DNA of 64,000 bases from NCBI GenBank assembly GCA_976226885.1, contig OZ320319.1, positions 56,296,001-56,360,000 of the forward strand, in the 5' to 3' direction. The notes beneath the pieces were generated by a model. It had not been told where the DNA came from. It ran no database searches and saw only the letters and a program-made list of their open reading frames with translations. This DNA comes from Iphione sp. A-MEVVRFRX5. Its lineage: Eukaryota. The position numbers and the translations under genes are program-made. Shown here one piece after another: positions 55,414 to 64,000 of the stretch (positions are counted from its first letter, which is position 1; each line of letters opens with the position of its first letter).

Positions 55414-58142
55414 GTAAAGGAGTAGAAAACTAAGTTAAATCTAACCAAAACAGAAGGTCATCAATGCAAGTGGGCTGTACCATCTAATGGTTATATACTC
55501 CAAATCCATGACTCTCTGACATACTTATCCATTACTTAGAAATACTACTATCACTACTATAAATACATGGAAATTACATTTTATCATTATGATATCTGGA
55601 AGGAAAAAAGTACAAGGATGAGGGATACTCATGCATACATAAACTTAAAGGTGTCCCTGCAAATGACCTTGGAATGAATCATGTAGTGGCTGCATGGAGC
55701 ACATCTCTCATGCTTCTCCTTTTCCCCCTTCTTCCACACTGATGTCATGGCACTTAGGTCTGTAACAGTGCTTATTATGCCTTGGAGTAGCATGTCCTTT
55801 TCCTCTAGAAGAGATGGGTATACATAACGTCTCATCAAGATGAATAAGATTGACATGGGATTGTTTTTTCTGGTAAGGTGAAATTGACAAGTTAATAATA
55901 ATAAATTAATAATTTTGGCAAATGTCAAATCAAAGTGATCTTTGGAAAATGTTCACTGACAGTCTCAACAAGTTTTAAAACAAGTTTGGGAAGCAATAAG
56001 TACCTGAGGACAGCTGGAAAACTTCCTGCCATCTGTCTGCCAACTCAGTTGCCATGAACTGTTTGCTGCAGGTGTCATCATTGTAATGTTTGCAAGAACA
56101 CCTACAGGAAATGTTCACAGTCGCATAGTCAGTTTCACATAGTTTAAAAAATTTTAGAATGACCCTAAATACAACAGTAAAAATCGATACTAACATGTTT
56201 ACAAGATATTTCAGAACCTGTAAGGTAATTTGCAATGACAGAAACAATGTTTTGGGTTTTTTCTTAGATTGATGAGAGCAACTGCAAGTCATCATTAAGG
56301 TGGATTAAAAATGGCCCTAAATATAATTGTAACAGTAAAAACCTATTTTAACAAATTCCCAAAATACTTCAGAATCTGCAAGGGGATTTACAACTATAGA
56401 GACAATGTTTAATAGGTTTTTGTTGAAAGCAACTGCAAGTCACCATTATGGCAGGTTACAAAAACTCACCTGAAGTTTTTGCAGCATGTCCACTCATCTT
56501 TCAGGATCTCTTTTGCTGGATTAGTGACTACCAGTGGATCATCAACCTCCACTAAGGGTTCCTCCTCTTCCTCAGATTGTTCTTCCACTTCCTTCCCTCC
56601 TTCACCTCCTCCTCATAGAGAAAGAACTCATCAATGAGATTCTGCCATTGTGCCTCTGCAGCCACGCCATGTAAATTGGCCTGACTGATGTTGTTTAAAA
56701 TATCCGCCAAAGCTTGAGCCCGATCTGTGGCCATGCCTGGTTATTGGCAGACACTTCGCCATCTAAATGCTATGTAATTCCTATCTCTATCAATTAGTAC
56801 CCTCCACTAGAGCACAGACCCATGCCTGCTCACTACGAAGCCAGACATTTAAACTGACCCAAACAAATGCACGCAGGAGGCTCTTGACCAATCAGCACAC
56901 TGCATTCACTACACGTGACCCCCATGGCAATGATTGTTTATGTCACAGCTCTCTTTAAAATGCCTGGTCATTGGTCTGAAAGAATGTACTTTCAAAATCT
57001 TAAGATGTCATTGGCTAGAGAATTATGTGCCCTTTCAGCAAATACCCATGAAGTGGGCCTAGGATGATGTGAGGACCATAAGGCGAGCTGCTGAAGTTTG
57101 GAAAAATAGCCCCGAGCGAGCGTTCTTTTACCATTGTGCACTCAAGCATCCACCAACTTCAGAGCGATATTACAGGTACTTATAGTCATCATAGAAGTCT
57201 AATATTTACAAACAATAAACTTCAGACATGATAGATATGAAAACAATCAAAACCCCCTTTTCAATAATTTGACGACAGCTGACTTTGGAGGCCCATATCT
57301 TGGTTTCAGCCCCTGCGACTTCCGACTCGTTTCACCAGAACGGTTCACAAATTTCATGCAATTATTACATATTATTTTTTTCATAATATACAGATTTTAT
57401 GTAATAGAGACTCTTTGTCATCAATTTCTGTGATCAGTGACGCCAATGCATATGGTGAGGCAGCTGTTTTACACAAAGCATGTATACTTACAGGTCATGA
57501 CAAAATGTGTTTAAGATCACATACAGAGAAACATTTGTCACAAAAGCCTGCAAATCACCTTCTGAAACACTTTCTTAATTGAACATTTTCTTCTAGGAGC
57601 AATATTATTTTTCAGTGTTAACCTTAAAGTAATGTAAATTAGGGAAAATCAAATGTAAATTTTCTAAATTATCTTACTCTCAATCCTGCTATGTTGCCAC
57701 AGGAACCAAATAAATCAAGTACAATTATTTTCAAATAGCATGCAATTCAAGGGCTTTTGCTTGATGTATAACATTACAAAGTATCTCTTGTATTAAACCC
57801 TTCAACTAAACATATTTCAAACAGCAGTAACCCTTTCCCCAAACATTTTTCATGGACAGTATGCGGTTAACTACGTGGATTCCTCATTATTACACTGCTG
57901 TTGTTCAATTAGTGCAGAATTCGGTTTTATTTTATGATGGTAATATGTACACAGACTCGGTAAGAAAACTAAAGCTATTCATTCAACTGCAGAGGCTGTC
58001 GCCTACATTGCCAGTGAAAGAAAGCTCTCTTACATGGTGTTTAGGTATGTAAAATAGAACGCTAATCTGTAGGTAGACACACACAGGAGGGTATAACCAA
58101 GATATGTAGAGCTAAGAATAAATTTTACTTATATTTACTGAT

Positions 58143-58362
58143 ACAAGAGGTGGCCGTACGTATGGGACAGACAAAAACTTTTCTTAAATCCAGAATATAC
58201 TGATTTTCAGTGCTTTATAGACATTGCTTAGACTTGAGATAGGCAGAATATATTTACTAAATATAAAAACACACGGGGTAGTTAATATATGATAAAGCGC
58301 AATAGAGTATAGTGGCCCCATGGCCACCTTGTCTAGTATAGTGGCCCCATGGCCACCTTGTC
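58143..58362 (+). mobile_element. Short Helentron/Helitron-like non-autonomous element with duplicated 3' hairpin end
   Basis: ACAAGAGGTGGCC (58143) is complementary to GGCCACCTTGT (58322). A hairpin GTGGCC-CCAT-GGCCAC precedes CTAG|T. A 28-bp unit is repeated at 58306 and 58335. Confidence 0.5.
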
Positions 58363-60068
58363 AAGTGTTTCAATTTAGAGTCAAGACCTGTCTGTGAGCG
58401 AGGCAAGGAAAAGACACAAAAGTGGCACTATTATGTTAAAATAAAAGACACAAATCGTAAATAAATGACAATTTATTTTTATTGAATGACAATTAAGCTT
58501 ACATAGCTTAACATCAGTATAGTCCTCCTTGTCGATATATTAAAATATCAAAATGAGCCCCAAATACTCAATATATTCCCTAAAGGAAGGAGAACCATCA
58601 AGGCTTAGACATGGATCCACTTTAAATGTTGTCCTTTTAATAGAAACACTTCTCAGTATCGAGAGAATAAATTGCTCCAAAAATGATTTACGCGAACAAA
58701 GACATCCGAGTCTACTTATCAATCAGTAAACCACATACGTTTGTAGTCTATGCAGTAGTTTTAGATACATGTAATACATCATTTGGAGGGGGGAATATAT
58801 TTATATTTACAAATGAAATTAGAATACCCTTACGTTCCCATACATATAGATTGGTGTATATACAGTACATGTATATGAACTACCGCTGCAGACTTTGTGA
58901 CTGAACGTAAATCTTTTTAGGTCACGGAAACAAGAGATATTTTTACCATTCGGACCAAAGTAGCAGGAGACTCAGGGAACCCACCAGAAGAATGAATATA
59001 TTATATATACAAAAAATACATTTGCCTCTCCGAACAATAATAAAATATACATGTATCCTTAGCGTTCTGTTTCGGAACGGCAGTTGTCCGTACTGTCTGA
59101 GCCAACATTATAAGAAAAGTGGGAAATATAACAGAAAAGAAATCTCAAGCTATTCTATCAGCAAACAGTATACAGTGGACGATAGGAATTAGTCATCCTC
59201 TCATGTGGGTAATTTTCTTCCCGTAACTGACACCTTTATAGCCACTCTACCTTTAATGTGGAAGTCTATTAGAAAACATAAAAAAACCCACAAATATATT
59301 GATTTACACATGTTCTGACATATATTCATATGAAATGACAGTGAAACATACTAATGAAGTAAAATATGAAGGAAAGTCACTATCAATATAATGGGAGGAA
59401 AACTAAGCTTTAGCCCAATTTGGGATGAAAGAGGGCCTCGGACCAAACGTGACCATATGCTAGAGATTGAAATCAGCCTCGAGGCGACTGTATTGAAAAG
59501 CTGACCGCGTACCTTTCTGAATAATTTACATAACCATAGAAAAATCGTTCTTGAGAAATTCTATCGTAATTTGCGTTTGACTGACGTCTCGGTCTGTCTA
59601 TAGGCTCAGATTACATGTGAGTACATGTTATCTCTATGGGAAAAGAATTAGGCTCTCGAACATTTTTCACCCGAAAATTCATATCAGCCCCACCAGAGCT
59701 ATTAACGCGATTTCCTGTCAGTGGAATACAGATATAAAGACTGCACTAGCACTAGTCAATGCTGTGGTAGACACGTTAAAGCTAACGTGGACGTCTACAC
59801 AACGTATTTGAATTGGTTCTTCCAGGCACTCACTCTTTTAATCAGCCATCAACCAATGACAGAATCTGTCAAGACGACATTCACGAGTACACCTACTGAC
59901 ACTAAACCATTAAAGTCTGCACCACATACAGGATAAAATGAATAAAATATCAACAATCTCTCTTTTGTACCCATTTCGGAAATGAGTACTCAAGTTAAAG
60001 CACTCAAGTACGACCTGGAAAAAACAGAGCGTTGCCTAAAATAGTATTGGAAAAGACCTAGAATAGAA

Positions 60069-60143
60069 CCTAGGTGGCAGTAGAGCTTCCTCTGTTAGAC
60101 AATGCGGGGCCACCCAAACCTAAACCTGCAGGCCACCTAGTGG
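60069..60143. promoter_or_regulatory. Convergent CTCF-like motifs
   Basis: Minus-strand CCACTAGGTGGC (60132-60143) matches CCASYAGRKGGC; a partial plus-strand CCTAGGTGGCAG lies at 60069-60080. Confidence 0.25.
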
Positions 60144-63100
60144 TCGAGGGCGATGCTAACACGGCAGCTGGCAAACTGCACTTAAAAAACACCAAAAACA
60201 GGAATACAGAATCACAGAAGCAGAAAACGAGTCACACATGATGAAACTACAGAACAACTATTCACTTTTACTTCCCTCAAAAGCTGGCCACGTATGTAAG
60301 GGCCACTGCATGGACACAGCGTCTCCCTTCTGTCCTGGTTCTTTCAGGTGAATCGACATTTACGTTCTCCTAAGGGATACATATATCACAGCTTTCGATT
60401 TACAAAGGAAACCGGTAATTCAACATCGTGATAGCTACAAAATACTTCACTTATTATTTGCTCTAATTCTGATTACAGAATCCCTTTAATCAGCTGAATT
60501 GTGGACGGGAATCATATACGAACACTGACATTTTTGATAATTGTTGTATCAAATCTCCCAACACCTATACCACTTTCATTCGACTACTGTTACCGCCGGT
60601 ATTGACATCCGTTTTGCAATTCTCTCCATCAAACCGTAGTATCATCATTTCTGTAGGATATCCTGGCACAAAAATTTTGCCCACTGACACAGCTGTGAAT
60701 TGTTGACACTGGATGCATGTAAGGGACGGTAGGGTATGTAAGGCATTCAGTGATTGGCCGGATCTTGCATAAGAAAATGTATTGAGCATTGTGATCGGTG
60801 TGCATGACGTAAAGGTTCGTCTTTCTCGGACCAGGCCAGTCTTCCTCATAGCTCTGTGACACATTTAGTTCTAATAATGCGAAAAAAGGAAAAGCAGAAA
60901 CTTCCACTTCCAGACTTTTACAAATTCTGTTGGGAAAACGCTGGACAACAGTTACACTTTGCACTCAGTACGTTAAGTGTAGTGTTTAAGGAAGTTCAGA
61001 ACACTGCAAATTGGCCTCGCACATCCCTTTACCAGTATCTCCCTCGGGTCAATCTTAGTTTATATTGTATTGCCATGCCCTATACTCTAGCTCAGGACAA
61101 ACTCAGCCATGTTGTCATTTTCTTTTAAAACTTTTTCCTCAAGGGAAACACACCTACACAATGTTGTCATGTCTCATTCAAAAATATTTTCCTCAAGGCA
61201 GGCTCACCTGTATTATATTGTCATGTCCCATCTTCAACAAATCTATCTCAATCAGGGCAGATTCAGCCACATACGGATGTGTGGGAAGGACACTACACGG
61301 CATCTCATGCCTAGTGTGGGCATCAAGTAATGTTCTACTAATCTACACATACCTGGGGAGAAGAGAGCAGTCAAGGAAGTGTGCTAGTCCTTAAGGAACT
61401 ATAAAAATCATAATGTAATATATATTGACATACAGAGAAAGACATGTTACATAAGCGGTGAAAAGTAGAGATGCCTGCAGAGAGGACGAGTGAGAAGGAG
61501 GGGGAGATTGGAAAATGTGTGTGTGATCCTATGTATAGGATATTACAGCTTGCAGACATTAGAATCACATTTTGTTGTTTCAGAGGTTTTCTAACCATAC
61601 TGAAGCATTGCATAAATCGTGCACTGCGTCATTCCACAGCGTTTCACTTTGAGATCATTTCTCAAAGTGGTTTACAATCAATACACAAAGAAAAGAACAT
61701 TACATGTCGCAACCACACCTCAAATTTAAGACCAACTGGGCCCGCCCTTGTAGAAACGCACTGCTCTGAAGTAAAAAATACACATTAATTACTTGAAAAT
61801 CTTTAAAGCTTATTTGGTTCAGAAGCCTGACTGAAAAAAAACTTCTTATTTCTTTCAACTCTCCATCTGTTTTTGTCAGTCTGTTTACATTTTTTCGACT
61901 GTAACTATCATGTTTAATATGTACATAACTGATGCTTGCTTTATAACAAGTATGTCTCTTATACTAAATCATTTAGAGTTGAAAAATTGTTCAGACAAGT
62001 ACTTGTTCATATATATATATGTATAGATACATCAATTCATGTCCACATGGATGGAAAACAAACAGTAACCTGCACAAAACAATAATTGGCTTCTAATTCC
62101 TATAGCATGATATTCATACAACTAGGCTGTCAAAAGACAACAGCAGTTAGAAAATAAGGTTTCTGCTCACTGCCCTGCTGATTGGATATGAACGGTACAA
62201 ATTATCTGCTGGCAGTTCTATGTACAACAAACAAAACAGAAGATGTACTGCCAATGCAGAGTGCAGCGTACTTTTACCACTCCCACTCATTCTTGGAACC
62301 TATGCAGTACTCTTGGACATTTCCTCTCCACATCAAAGAGCGAAAGAAAGATTCATGCCTGGTGCGACTATACATGATTAAACTCGTCAGATACGTTTTG
62401 ATGGGGAATAAAAAAAAACAATTAAACTGTGCATTAGACATAAGCATGCTTCTGTTTTCGTAACTACCTGCATTAGAAATGACATGCAAAGTATGTATAC
62501 ACATACCGGATCCCGACTCATGCTCTATACCGCAGATAGTACCTTAACCGTTATTAGTTCGTCACTTGAATAAGATCATGGCTGGATCGACGATTTACTC
62601 CAGCATGCTAAGTTCTTGTCAATACCTGTCATTGAGTAGCGTGCATTGTGTGCGTAAATTGGTGCATTTACGTCAAACATTGAAGGTATCACTTCTATTA
62701 GAAAGTGATGTCTCAGGAAATACAAATACTCTATTAAATTAGCTGTACACATCAAAAGTGTCCTTTCACGATTCACTAAATGGGTATAAAGAAAAATAAA
62801 AAAGGGCCTACAAGAGACTACGGAACACTGTTAACAAGTAAAGCAGTACAGAATAGTGACTTGTACTCTTACTGAACAACTCTATATTCTATTGAAACCC
62901 TTGGAAACAATGGTGTATCACCAAAGTGAAGCATGAAGTATTCAATTCAATCATAAAAACTAGTCGTAGTCATTCCAGGTCACTCGCCAGATAAGCTTTT
63001 CGTTTCAACTCCTCTGCTCATGTCTTTCAGATTAAGTATTCGCTACATCCGAGGCGTTCACATTGGGAAGAGCTGTCACTCTCGCCTCTTCAGGGTGGCC

Positions 63101-64000
63101 CACTTCTTAAACCATATAGGGAAATATTTTTCGTCATACCGTGTTATTATGCTCTCTGTAGGCGTCTAAAAAAAGAGACGATCAAGTGATAAACCAAATT
63201 AACATCTAACTCGAATGGACCGAGATGCATATTCCGTGATATTTCAGTTCACTACTGAACGAAAGATGGAACAGAGAACACCCTCCGGTTTTACCTTTCA
63301 GCTCTCAGATGTGTAAGTCATACTGCTTGTTCGAAAGTCGGGAACATGGTTGGTCTACTTGAAGTGGGTACGGTTAACGTGTGTTAATCGAAACCAGAGC
63401 TATTTGCCGTACTCTGCATCTCCTACGTTTTGTGACCGATTGCTGGAGGCACCGTTGCTTGCACACTCCACACCACACCTTTGCAAGCCATCTGACTGAA
63501 TACAGACCGTCGGATGTGAGCCTTTCAGGATCACAACTTGTCTGACCTTCGCAACAGATGTACGCAATCAATCAAGTATCTTTCCTGAAATTTTGTGGGA
63601 GCTTCCTTGTGGCAGTAGGCCCGTTGACAACCTATGTGGTGTTAAAGAAACCAGAATCTAGTACGGCAGCAGAGCCCTTTCTAGAGATTATACTATACAC
63701 CATGGATTGCGTTCTCATACCTTGACTGACAAATCTGTTTGTTACCCTCAACTGTTCCATGTGCAGTGTTCACATTTGCGACCGTCTCATCTAGCGACAG
63801 TATTACAGACATGAAAACAACGTTAGTTCCTTTAAAAATATTCATAATCCCTCTGCTTTCTTCGTACTATGAAAGTCTATTTGAAACACTCCGTTTAACA
63901 TTAGAAAAGGACTAATTCTCCCTTAATGAATACAGCCACTCAAACTGGGAGTGATCAGCAGATGTGAGAAATGTCACATGGTTGTGCCAGGAGAGGAGCT

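Larger units (their letters stand above)
51010..56734 (-). pseudogene. Intron-containing Sola-like DDE transposase pseudogene
   Basis: Exons 56734-56470, 56101-56004, 55804-55633 and 53414-~52500, then ~51760-51010, splice in frame. Motifs SFDYAQQVHLP...QPGPLYF, DNCSGQ, GHTKF..DWCFG, YDSQAFL, LFKNIRGFC. Several stops and frameshifts. Confidence 0.8.

Noticed and set aside
53435-55420. TSDs for Gypsy-C (and for the 11653-11919 solo LTR)
   Set aside because: The flanking 4-6-mers do not match, and the LTR ends are uncertain.
57400-64000. Short ORFs and possible exons in the AT-rich right end (for example Cys-rich 63374-63571)
   Set aside because: No domain motifs or consistent splice-and-frame structure; treated as intergenic or intronic.

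Overview
Animal genomic DNA (spliceosomal introns, CpG-depleted old transposons; probably a marine invertebrate, taxon not determinable). The one clear host gene is an intronless-CDS BTB-BACK-Kelch-like gene (7174-9291, +). From about 11.6 to 57 kb the window is a nested transposon cluster, and several junctions can be restored by eye from target-site duplications (TSDs). It holds a decayed Ty3/Gypsy element with a spliced F-type env gene, interrupted by two Penelope-like elements (PLE-A, PLE-B). PLE-B is itself split by a 5.1-kb third PLE (PLE-C) with ~457-bp direct repeats, hammerhead ribozymes and an intact extra 372-aa C2H2 zinc-finger ORF. Also present are a DIRS element split by a young CR1/L2-group LINE with an intact ORF2, a second Gypsy with a zinc-finger accessory region, a probable Ngaro-type element that may enclose the whole 14-46 kb block, and an intron-containing Sola-like transposase pseudogene with a gag-protease-only Gypsy in one intron. 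The best novelty candidates are PLE-C with its cargo ORF and the reconstructable env gene. Family assignments come from motif recognition by eye; no database searches were run.
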